DNA of 64,000 nucleotides from Yuukianura sp. NJ FZ-2021 (Eukaryota): NCBI GenBank assembly GCA_046563655.1, contig CM102285.1, positions 2,852,001 to 2,916,000 of the forward strand, read 5' to 3'. Shown piece by piece: positions 14,701 to 23,754 of this stretch (position 1 is its first letter; each line of letters starts with the position of its first letter). The notes under the pieces were generated by a model. It saw only the letters and a program-made list of their open reading frames with translations, ran no database searches and was not told where the DNA came from. The position numbers and the translations under genes were made by a program.

Positions 14701-17700
14701 TTATGATATTTTTGGGACTAATTTCTAAAACTTCATTAGCTTGAAATATACAACTCTGGTTTTGATTTGGTACGGATCACACGTCATCTGTACGTGGAGA
14801 TTAATTTGGGGAATTGGGAGATTGGCATTTAATTAGCCACACCCAGTACAAGTAGAGTATGGTTCAGATATACAGCATGATTAAACAATTCTGATCATCA
14901 TCAGACACACTGACATCCCGTGTCTCATTGTAAGGAACAAACAGCGCGCATGCGCAGATCAAAATCAGATCGGTTCCTTATGACAGGCTCTCAGGGAAAC
15001 CTCTGGGCATTGAAAATTAATTTTGAATTCCAATTGTTCTGTCTCCAGCTGGGTTTAAACAGCACAAGCAGCATCTGCGAAACGACACGCTGAGAATGGA
15101 CTGCGCATGTCTTTCTAATAACTGTAAGCCGTCAGTCACCCATAGGTTTTTTGACAATGAAAAATTTCATGCTAACATTTATATAAACTAGCGTAAATTT
15201 TAGAAATACACACGATTCGGCTGAATTGTGCCAATGGCGAATCTAATAAAGCTTGGGTTTTAAAAGTTGTTTGTTACAAAGTAAGCCTTTAAACGAAAAA
15301 GCAAAGTTATGTCCGGATTTGCACAGAAAGGAAGTGAAGTACATTGGTGATGAGGAGATTACATTAACATTAGGTTAATGAGTCCAAGTAGAGTGAGCAT
15401 GAAGAGGTGGAGTCTCCGGTTGTACCATAACAAAGTTCTTGTGCAAAACAATAGTTACAATCACAGCAGTTCAAAATGTTTCCGGAATACTAAAAGCTGC
15501 AACCCAACTCTAATCCTTTGTCTTCATTTCAAATTCAACTCAAATCTGCCTCCAAGATCTAGTTGCACGAGTTGACCTCTTCAAAAGGTCAAACATTTCC
15601 GTTCCGAATTTCCAATTTGTAAAGATCAAGATATGAATTTAACCGGTTCAGAACCAAAACTCAAATTTTGAAAGCACGCTTCCAAACTGTACCTTCAAAG
15701 GAAATATAATTTGAAGTTGACAGTTGGGCAACCAGAGTTTTTGAGTAGAGTTGGGCACTTGAGTGCTTGTTATGGTTTTGTGGAATGACTTGGTGGTGTA
15801 GTATGGAGGGCTAGCATGTGATTTATGCATTCCGAATGCCCGTTCCCAGGGACAATGGACAAAAAAGACATGATTTATGGAGGGATGTCCACGTTATATT
15901 ATTGAGCTCATCCTTTGAGTCCTTCTATTGATGACAGACCAGAGCAACTGACAGCAAAGATGGACAACACTAATAAAACTAAAAGCAAAACCAAAAGTCA
16001 TCAGCCCCTAACCAGAAAAAAATGTAACAAAAAATATAGCCGTTTCGAATGAAAAGGAAAAAAAAACATTTCACTTTACTTTTAGTTTGGTACTTCCTGG
16101 CTTTCATTAAAAATGGGATAAAAAGTTCAGTTTCGAAATAAATTTTGAACCGATTCAGGAAAAAATAAAAAAAAATAAAAAGGTTAAAATTTAGGAAAAA
16201 AATGTAAAAATTTTGAGAGTAATTGCATTGTATTTTTGTTTTGCAGCTGAAGGCTCGGTCAGTGATGTCGTGGAGATCTGGCGGAGAATTGTCTCTCTAC
16301 TGCTCCTAAACTTTGTTCAAAATTTTCAAAATTATTCAAAAAAATTTTTTCTTGCCCCGGATCAATGCATTTGCTTCAAAGAAGGAAACTAAGAAACGAC
16401 GAGCGCACAAAACTCACTCTCCTCAACTGATGACTTCTCCAACACGCGCCATCTATTGGCAAAATTCTGCTGCTGAATTTGTAAAACAAAAAATTGGAAT
16501 TGGCAGTAACATTTTCAAAAATTGTTTTAAAGTTAGTTTAGTATTGGTTTTGATTTCGAAATAGTTTACACAATTGAAGGTTAACTATGGTTACTATGTA
16601 AGATTAACCAATACCCTAATGTAATGTATTACGTTTAGGTAAATTAAAGTTAATTAACGATTAGTGTAAATTAACTTACTATTGAGAGATGTGTGCGTGA
16701 ATCAAAAACCACAATCTCCTGCCCAGTTTGCTTTCCATTTGATAGGAGAAAGACACAGGAGTATTTCTCCATAATATTGCCTGAACACATTTTTCCTAGG
16801 TGTAAATCTAACCTCACCACTTACAAAAACTAAACAATTTACTAACTTAACAATTTACAAACTAACTTTAACGTTAACTTAACATTTTGGACAACTTAGT
16901 TTAATTTGCCCAATTTATCAAAAACTGCCATCTATGCTTCATTGCTGCTCCCACCACACATTTTAATCAATATTTAAAGTAGGCTACTTTTTTGAAACAT
17001 TTGAAAAGAATTTCTGTGAATCTCCCGCCTTTTTAAAATGCTCTAAGCCCTGCCTTTTTCAAATTTTGTGGGCCTTTTGGCGCTCATTTTGAAGTAGTTT
17101 TAGATTTACTAGTTGTTAGTTTTGTTTAGAGAGTTTTTTGGCGCCAATTTTGAGTTGGTGAGTCCAGTAGAGTGAAGATGTGGAATTGGGGCAGTGTGAT
17201 ACAGGCAGAGACAGTAGGGTTAATGGTGACACGGTGAAGAACGTTAACACGTAGGCGGAGCGAGTGTAAGTACAATTTGACGGTAGGGGAGAAGAAGAGG
17301 GTCAAAGGTCAACAAAACTTAAAGAGTAATTTTTTGGGCTGGAAAAAGTAAAAAAAAATTTTGGTTGGAGAAAGGTTTGAATTTCTTTCTCTTTGCCCAA
17401 AAACTTAAGCTCTTGATGTTTTCGACGAAATATCCCTCAGTTCCATCCCACCGCCATGTAAAAAGCAATTTTTACAAACCAAATTTTGACTTTACTAAAT
17501 TTTACCAAACAATTTATTTTATACATATGAAAAGTAATTGATTTACATTAGTTAAATTTAAACGTCATATAATGAATAGTAGGATATCAATTTACAAATA
17601 CGTCCTAGCTCACTCTCTTACCCTCGCCAAAAGGTTCAACAACTAAAAGGTAAAAAACGAAAAGGTCAACGAGAATTTCGTGTTTTACAAGTATTAGTAA

Positions 17701-17725
17701 AAGATTTGCAACATTTAGGGTGTCT

Positions 17726-17730
17726 AAAAG
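17726..17730. repeat. 5-bp target-site duplication AAAAG (left copy)
   Basis: aaaag directly before 17731 and directly after 25145; 5 bp is typical of copia integrases. Confidence 0.92.
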
Positions 17731-18114
17731 TGTAGTAAGTAAGAGATTCGGAAGAATACTGATGATTTATTCAGAGATTCCAGAAATATTTATACTAAGC
17801 AAAAAGGTATTGTCCTTAGCTAAGGGTTTGTTTGTAACATAATAAAAGGACAGAAAGTATAAAACTGGAATTGAGAGCAAAAACAGTTTTTGGGGTCACC
17901 TAATGCTATTGCATGGGTGACCGTCATATGAGGACTTTTATGACAGTAAAAGTCCTTGCACTTTTAGAACTTGGAAAAGGGAGATTGAAAACAAGTCGGC
18001 AGATTCTCAAAAGATTTTAAGAAACTGGATCAAAAACAGGATGCTACTTTTACGGTTAGGTCAAGTGACCTGACCTTAAACTTTTGGAAAAACTGAAACT
18101 TATTTTTAATTACA
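17731..18114 (-). repeat. 3' LTR (384 bp)
   Basis: + strand tgtagtaagt...taattaca; identical by eye to 24762-25145; abuts the PPT. Confidence 0.97.
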
Positions 18115-18130
18115 CGACCCCTCAATCTCG
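18115..18130 (-). promoter_or_regulatory. Polypurine tract
   Basis: - strand CGAGATTGAGGGGTCG immediately before the 3' LTR; it contains the env stop codon TGA. Confidence 0.75.
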
Positions 18131-19728
18131 ATTTTCCATTTGAATTCCATCGGATGGATCCTGGTTTGCAATCCGGGCGGTGACGTTGATCTTCTTCCGA
18201 GTCATCGTGAGGTAGATGAGAATTGCCAAAAATAGAAGTATCAACGTGAGTAGGGCAATGAAGGCGATGAACCAGGGCGAGTGCTTGCTTCCCTTGTCTT
18301 CCATGGTGGCGGCTGGACCGACTGGAATATCCTTGGTCGCTTTAACCTTTGCGATGATTTCGTCTAAGTTGAATTTCGGTTGAAGATGCCAGTTAGTCTG
18401 GAACGTGAAAGATGGCGCCAATGTTTCTTCGTGCTCCAACTTGAATTCATTTCCTTTGTAGTACTGGTTGTTGATGTGGAAGTTAGAGGCGAGTGGAAGC
18501 AAGAAGGTTCCGTTTGGGCATTCCTTTGTGACGGAACCAACAGTTATGTTATTTCCTGCGCAGTAGACGTGGTAGTACTTGTCGAAGTACTTAATTTGAA
18601 CGAACGACGCGGCATCATTCTCATGTTTCGGATCGCATTTTCCCATCGAGAAGAATGAAGACGGGTTTGGAAGTGATCCGCTCGAGACACACTTTGTGTC
18701 GGCTAAGTAAACCATATCTCCCTTGTTGACATTTGTAGTTATGATGCAGTCCTTGTCGGTGGAAATGACAGCGTTCTGTGGTCCGACGTAGTTGATGGTG
18801 CATGTCTCGTTTTCTGTTTGATGCATTTGGACAAAAGCATCGGCTTCCACGAGATGAGCTTGCTTATTAACGACTGGAACTGTGAAGTCCATGTATAGCT
18901 TAGTCTTGTCATAGGACATCCAGCAGTTCTGCGGAGTTCCGTGTTGAAGCGGGCAGTCATCTTTGCATGGGAGTGTCAAGTTGAAAAAGTCAAACAAAGG
19001 AGCATAGAGCTTCCTTGTACTCCATTTCCTCCTTGCTTCTTTGATGACTTGATTTCCATAAAGTAGACGGCTTGTAATATAAGAAATTCCGAAAATGGTG
19101 TCCACTTGCGTAGCTTTCAAGGTTTGAAAATCTGTTTCGTGTTCCTTAAGGTAGTCAGCCAGCGTTTTCAAGTTCTGATTTAGCTCGTTGATGGCAGTTT
19201 CTGCTGCAAGGAGTCGGGCTGCTTCGGCGTCAAGTCGTTTTTCTTGTTCGGCCATTAAGTTTTGGACGTTCAGCAACTCATTTTTGTTTGTACTGCAATG
19301 ACGGTTCCGGTAATACCGACAGCGATTCCGACAATGGCAGTGATGATGATGGCGCCTGCTATTACCATCAACGTAACGAATCGTTTGTGCTGTCCAAGTT
19401 CACGTTTGGATTGATGATGAATCTCGGTTCTTTCGGTTCCTGGGCAGAGAATTTGGATTTCATCCAAAAATAGCTCTTTGTATATTTTGTTGCATTTTGT
19501 TTGTGCTGGTATGACAAGATCCGGGTGCATGGTCGAGTTATTGAGTAGTTCACAAGGACTGAGAAGCTTTACCAATAGATGTACTTGATTAATTCCACTT
19601 GTAACTGGAAGCTTCGAGGGCTTCCAAATCACTGGTTGAGTCATCATCCATGCGTTTGTTGTGCAAAACAAACACATGATGATGAGCATAGTCACAAGCC
19701 GTGACAATTTGCTTGCAATAGGTGGCAT
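18122..19728 (-). CDS. env: Env-like class I fusion glycoprotein (~535 aa), split by a 1-nt frameshift at 19281-19285
   Basis: Signal-like LVTMLIIMCLFCTTNA; KR|FVTLMVIAGAIIITAIVGIAVGITGTVIAV hydrophobic peptide; heptad-like helix; Cys-rich region with NxS/T sequons; TM WFIAFIALLTLILLFLAILIYLTM; short tail ending at the PPT. Confidence 0.85.
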
Positions 19729-22700
19729 AGAAAGTCCAAGTTTTTCCACCATTGAAGAATGTTTTGTTTTCTGAAGCGTTTTTGTAAAGATGTCTGCTTT
19801 TTGTTCCGCTGAGGGAACATATTTAACTTCAATTGTCTTGTTAGCGGTAAGCTCGCGGATGTAGTGGAATTTGACATCTATGTGCTTTGTCCGTTTGTGA
19901 AATTCTGGATTTTGAGATAGCTTGATAGTACTCTGGTTGTCGACGAAGATCTGCGTGGGGCTTTTTTGCTTAATCCCAAGTTCTTCAATTTGGGCTCTCA
20001 ACCAGATTGCTTCTCTTGAAGCTTCGGCTAAAGCAATGTATTCGGCTTCTGTTGAGGACATTGCTATTATCGGTTGTTTCACTGATTTCCAGCTGATGAG
20101 TGAATTTCCGAGGAAAAAGACGAATCCGCTTGTGGACTTTCGATCATTTTTGTCTCCGGCAAAGTCTGAGTCGGAAAATCCGATTAGTTCCAAGGAGCTC
20201 CCTCTTTCGTAGCTTATTCCAAAGTTTGGAGTTCCGGAGAGATAGCGGAGAATGTTCTTTGCTTGATCCCAATGCGTATTGTCATACGCATTGTTGAATT
20301 GTGAGAGCTTGGATACAGCGTATGCAATGTCAGGGCGAGTCAACCGACTTAGGAATAGTAATGCCCCAATAAGTTGTTGAAACGGCAAGTTCTTAGAACA
20401 TTCCTTTGCGGCTACTAGTTCCACAGTGGGCTGAAGTGGCGTGGATATGGCTTTACATTCTTGCATATTGAATTGAAGGAGTAACTGCTTCACATATCTT
20501 TGCTGGCAGATGAAGTACCCCTGGTCCCATGTAGTAATTTCGAGACCAACAAAAGTCTCAGCACTGTTGAACGTCAATGTAAAGAATTCCTGAATGCCTT
20601 CAACTACTTTAAGTGCCATCTTTTGATCTGGTGCAGAGATGAGGCAGTCATCTACGTAGAGTCCCAAGTAGATCGGTTGTTTTGTGCTTGAGGCAATGAA
20701 GATGGAGTTGTCACTTGGAAGGGCTTTGAATCCAAGTGAGGACAAAGCTTGCGTGAATTTCTCATTCCAACATCTGGGGGATTGCTTCAGACCGTACAAA
20801 CTTTTGTTTAGTTTGCACACGACGTTTCCATTGACAGTGACACCTTGTGGAACTTCCATGAAAATTTGCTCTTTGAGGTCCCCGTGAAGAAATGCGGTTT
20901 TGATGTCCATTTGCAGTAGAGTGTGTTTCAGAGCAGCTGAGATGGCTAAGATAATTCGAAGCGATTCAAATCTGCATACGGAGGCAAATGTGTCCTCATA
21001 GTCGATTCCGTACTGTTGTTGGAATCCTCGAGCGACAAGACGAGCTTTGAAGAGCTCTGCGCCATCTGTCCCAGTCTTTATGCGGTAGATCCAGCGGCTA
21101 TCCAGAGTTTTTGTGTTCACTGGTCTTGGGACAATTGTCCATGTCTTGTTAGTCTCATGGCTTTGGATTTCTTCTTTCATTGCTTGAATCCATTGAGCTG
21201 AGTCTCCGCTTTTGATTGCTTCATTGTAGTTCGACGGAGTTTCTCTCACTTGAGCCATATTAGCTTGGTACTTTGTGGGCGTTTTGAGAGATTTTCGATC
21301 TCTCAGTTCCATTTCGAAGGGCTTTTTCTTCTTTCGTAGATCAATTTCAACTGATTTGTTGATCGGAACATTTGTAACAAAATTTCCATCATTGGTTTGG
21401 ACGCACACTTCCATAGTAGGCGTGGCTTGTATTGCTGAAAGATCCTCCGGATCCATAGGTTCAGTGTCGGCATTGCTGATATCAAGCTCTTCTTCGTCCT
21501 CTTCTTTTACGTCTTCTTCATTACCAAGATCGCTATCTGTCTCCTGCTTTGCGTCTTCCTCGGCCTCTTCCTTAGGGAAAACTTCTGATACAGCTGATCT
21601 GATGATGACCCGTTGATCCGAGGACTTCTCCTCTTCGCTAAAAGAAACATTTCTGGCTTCCACGATTTGTCGCGTTTCTGGATTGTATAAACGGTACTGG
21701 CCATTTGAATAGCCAACAAAAATCATCTTTTGACTTTTGGGCTTCCAGACAGATCGTTTGCTTGCTGGGATGTGCATATAAGCTGTGCATCCGAACACAC
21801 GTAAGTGCGCTAACTTGGGTTTCTTCTTGAAGATTTGCTCGTAAGCGGTAGTTTCGCCAGATTGCCTATTGATGACTCTGTTTAGGACGTAAACAGAGGT
21901 CGCTACTGCTTCTCCCCACAAATGGGTTGGTGTTTTGAACTCTTGAAGAAGAGTTCTGGCTGCCTCTTTAACTGTGCGGATGTCACGTTCTATTTTCCCG
22001 TTGGACTCGGGACAATAAGCTGAAGAAGTTTCGTGTGTAATTCCGCGATCCGCTAGATGGCTCTGAAGTTCGTCATTGACGAACTCAGTGCCATTATCTG
22101 TTCGTAGTGTTTTGAACGTATTTCCGGTTTTGTTCTCGATGAACTTGATGTAGTCCTGAACGGCTCTTGGTGCTTCTGATTTTTGTTTCAGGAAGTAAAC
22201 AACTTTGAATCCGGATGCTTCATCTTTCACTAGGAGGAAGTAGCTTGCACCTCCTAGTGAAGTAACAGCAATTTTTCCACTGAGGTCTGCGTGGGCCATC
22301 TCGCCAACAAGACAGCTTCGCTTTGAAGTTGATGATGGGAAGGGCTTCCTAGTTTCCTTCCCTAGATGGCAGGCGTCGCAGTTTAACTTTGCTCGTTCGC
22401 TGAAGTTCTTGATTCCCGTGGCTGCTTCGTTTTGGATCGTGGCTGCAACGTAACTTGAGTTGATATGGCACAAGCGTTTGTGCCATAAGATGCTTTCGTC
22501 AATCCTGGATTTAAGTGCATGTTGGGCTTGAAGTGGCTTGAAGTCCATGATGTAGAGTCCGTTTTGGAAGTAGGCTGTAGGACCGGGCTCTCCGGTGTCT
22601 TTTGTGAACATTGTTGCTTGGGCGTTTCTAGTGATAACGTACCCCTTCTGTGCCATAATCGTCTCGGAAAACAGATTCGATGCGTTTGGGATGTAGAGTA

Positions 22701-23754
22701 CTTCCTCAATAATTTTCTTTTCAAATTTGCCACCAATTTTTGCTTCTACAAGAATATCACCTTGTCCAAGGGCTTGGATTGGTGAGCCTGACGTTTGGTG
22801 AACTTCTTTCTTAATTAAGAAAGGCTTATAAGAAGTGAAAAAATCTTTATTGCCACAAATGTGTTGGGAGGCTCCGGAATCGGAGTACCATACTAGTTTA
22901 TCATTACTAGTGGTATTGGCCATTGCTGCATAATGTGGTGTCTTGTCTTCTCCTTGGGTGATTACGTTGATTTGCTTCATCTGGTTGGCCAGAAGACGTA
23001 CTTCAGTCTTCATGCGTAGGTACTTCTGAATGTCGTATCCTGGCGGGATGCCCATCCTTCGCTTTTTGGTGGCTCGGGTCCGCTCTGCTGGTTCTGGATC
23101 GGAGTTCTCCGGCTTCAGTGTGCATATGTTCATGACGTAGAGGCCATCTTTGCGCGTTGCAGTCATGTCGAAGTCACCATTTTGTCCATAGTACTGAGTA
23201 CTAAAGTGATTTCTTGAAATTAGATAGCCTTTTGATGTCAGGACGCTTTCAGAGATGATGTTGCGGAAGCCTGGCACAAACCAGACGTGGGTTAGCTTGA
23301 CGTGGCAGAATTGAACATCAGCGTCATCTTGGAAATGGCGTGTCGTCTCATTCTGTTTGATGAGGATGTTCACATCTCCGTATCCGGTTGCCTGAGCCTT
23401 TTGGCCATTGGCCAATTCTACAGTTCTTCGCTGTGAAAATCGCTTGAAGTTGAACAGCCAAGCCCGATTCCCCGTCATGTGGTGAGAGGCACCGCTGTCG
23501 CTGACCCAGTCCCCTGGATCGACTATTCCACCTGCCATGAAGGCGGATGCAGATCTGTGCTGCTGTTGGCTCCCTTTTCCGCCATTGTTGCCGCTATGTT
23601 GCCCATTGTTGCCGTTTTGCTGTCCATTGTTGCCGTTCGATGTTGATGGGCTCCGGCATTCCTTCGCCCAGTGGCCACGGCGTCCACATTTCGCACAATT
23701 TGTTCTCTTTTGAGCTCCGCAATGTTTGTTTTCTTCTTTCCATTTGTTTGACAT
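19270..23754 (-). CDS. pol: Copia NC-Pol polyprotein: CCHC knuckle, two proteases, integrase, RT, RNase H, then in-frame N-terminal part of Env
   Basis: CX2CX4HX4C at 23656-23697; DSGAS at 23491 and 22873; WHKRLCH...CDAC; HADLSG/TDNGTEF/NGKIER (DDE); KARLVARGF, DIKTAFLHG, LNKSLYGLKQSPR, YVDD (20647-20658); FSDSDFAG, STEAEY, VDNQ, ADIFTK. Confidence 0.97.
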   Translation of the reverse strand: MSNKWKEENKHCGAQKRTNCAKCGRRGHWAKECRSPSTSNGNNGQQNGNNGQHSGNNGGKGSQQQHRSASAFMAGGIVDPGDWVSDSGASHHMTGNRAWLFNFKRFSQRRTVELANGQKAQATGYGDVNILIKQNETTRHFQDDADVQFCHVKLTHVWFVPGFRNIISESVLTSKGYLISRNHFSTQYYGQNGDFDMTATRKDGLYVMNICTLKPENSDPEPAERTRATKKRRMGIPPGYDIQKYLRMKTEVRLLANQMKQINVITQGEDKTPHYAAMANTTSNDKLVWYSDSGASQHICGNKDFFTSYKPFLIKKEVHQTSGSPIQALGQGDILVEAKIGGKFEKKIIEEVLYIPNASNLFSETIMAQKGYVITRNAQATMFTKDTGEPGPTAYFQNGLYIMDFKPLQAQHALKSRIDESILWHKRLCHINSSYVAATIQNEAATGIKNFSERAKLNCDACHLGKETRKPFPSSTSKRSCLVGEMAHADLSGKIAVTSLGGASYFLLVKDEASGFKVVYFLKQKSEAPRAVQDYIKFIENKTGNTFKTLRTDNGTEFVNDELQSHLADRGITHETSSAYCPESNGKIERDIRTVKEAARTLLQEFKTPTHLWGEAVATSVYVLNRVINRQSGETTAYEQIFKKKPKLAHLRVFGCTAYMHIPASKRSVWKPKSQKMIFVGYSNGQYRLYNPETRQIVEARNVSFSEEEKSSDQRVIIRSAVSEVFPKEEAEEDAKQETDSDLGNEEDVKEEDEEELDISNADTEPMDPEDLSAIQATPTMEVCVQTNDGNFVTNVPINKSVEIDLRKKKKPFEMELRDRKSLKTPTKYQANMAQVRETPSNYNEAIKSGDSAQWIQAMKEEIQSHETNKTWTIVPRPVNTKTLDSRWIYRIKTGTDGAELFKARLVARGFQQQYGIDYEDTFASVCRFESLRIILAISAALKHTLLQMDIKTAFLHGDLKEQIFMEVPQGVTVNGNVVCKLNKSLYGLKQSPRCWNEKFTQALSSLGFKALPSDNSIFIASSTKQPIYLGLYVDDCLISAPDQKMALKVVEGIQEFFTLTFNSAETFVGLEITTWDQGYFICQQRYVKQLLLQFNMQECKAISTPLQPTVELVAAKECSKNLPFQQLIGALLFLSRLTRPDIAYAVSKLSQFNNAYDNTHWDQAKNILRYLSGTPNFGISYERGSSLELIGFSDSDFAGDKNDRKSTSGFVFFLGNSLISWKSVKQPIIAMSSTEAEYIALAEASREAIWLRAQIEELGIKQKSPTQIFVDNQSTIKLSQNPEFHKRTKHIDVKFHYIRELTANKTIEVKYVPSAEQKADIFTKTLQKTKHSSMVEKLGLSMPPIASKLSRLVTMLIIMCLFCTTNAWMMTQPVIWKPSKLPVTSGINQVHLLVKLLSPCELLNNSTMHPDLVIPAQTKCNKIYKELFLDEIQILCPGTERTEIHHQSKRELGQHKRFVTLMVIAGAIIITAIVGIAVGITGTVIAVQTKMSC

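Noticed and set aside
14918-14998. Possible pre-miRNA hairpin (taaggaac/gttcctta) around a GCGCATGCGC motif
   Set aside because: Short stem and a loop over 30 nt; no match to conserved miRNAs I recall.
155-17000. Dozens of 60-126-aa ORFs in the ORF track, here and at 25300-56700
   Set aside because: F/K/L/S-rich translations typical of AT-rich non-coding DNA, mostly non-ATG starts, no domains or consistent splice structure.
18122-19276. Treating the 384-aa ORF as a stand-alone third gene or nested host gene
   Set aside because: It starts at TTG, lacks its own signal peptide, lies inside the LTRs and is completed by the upstream frame with one added A.
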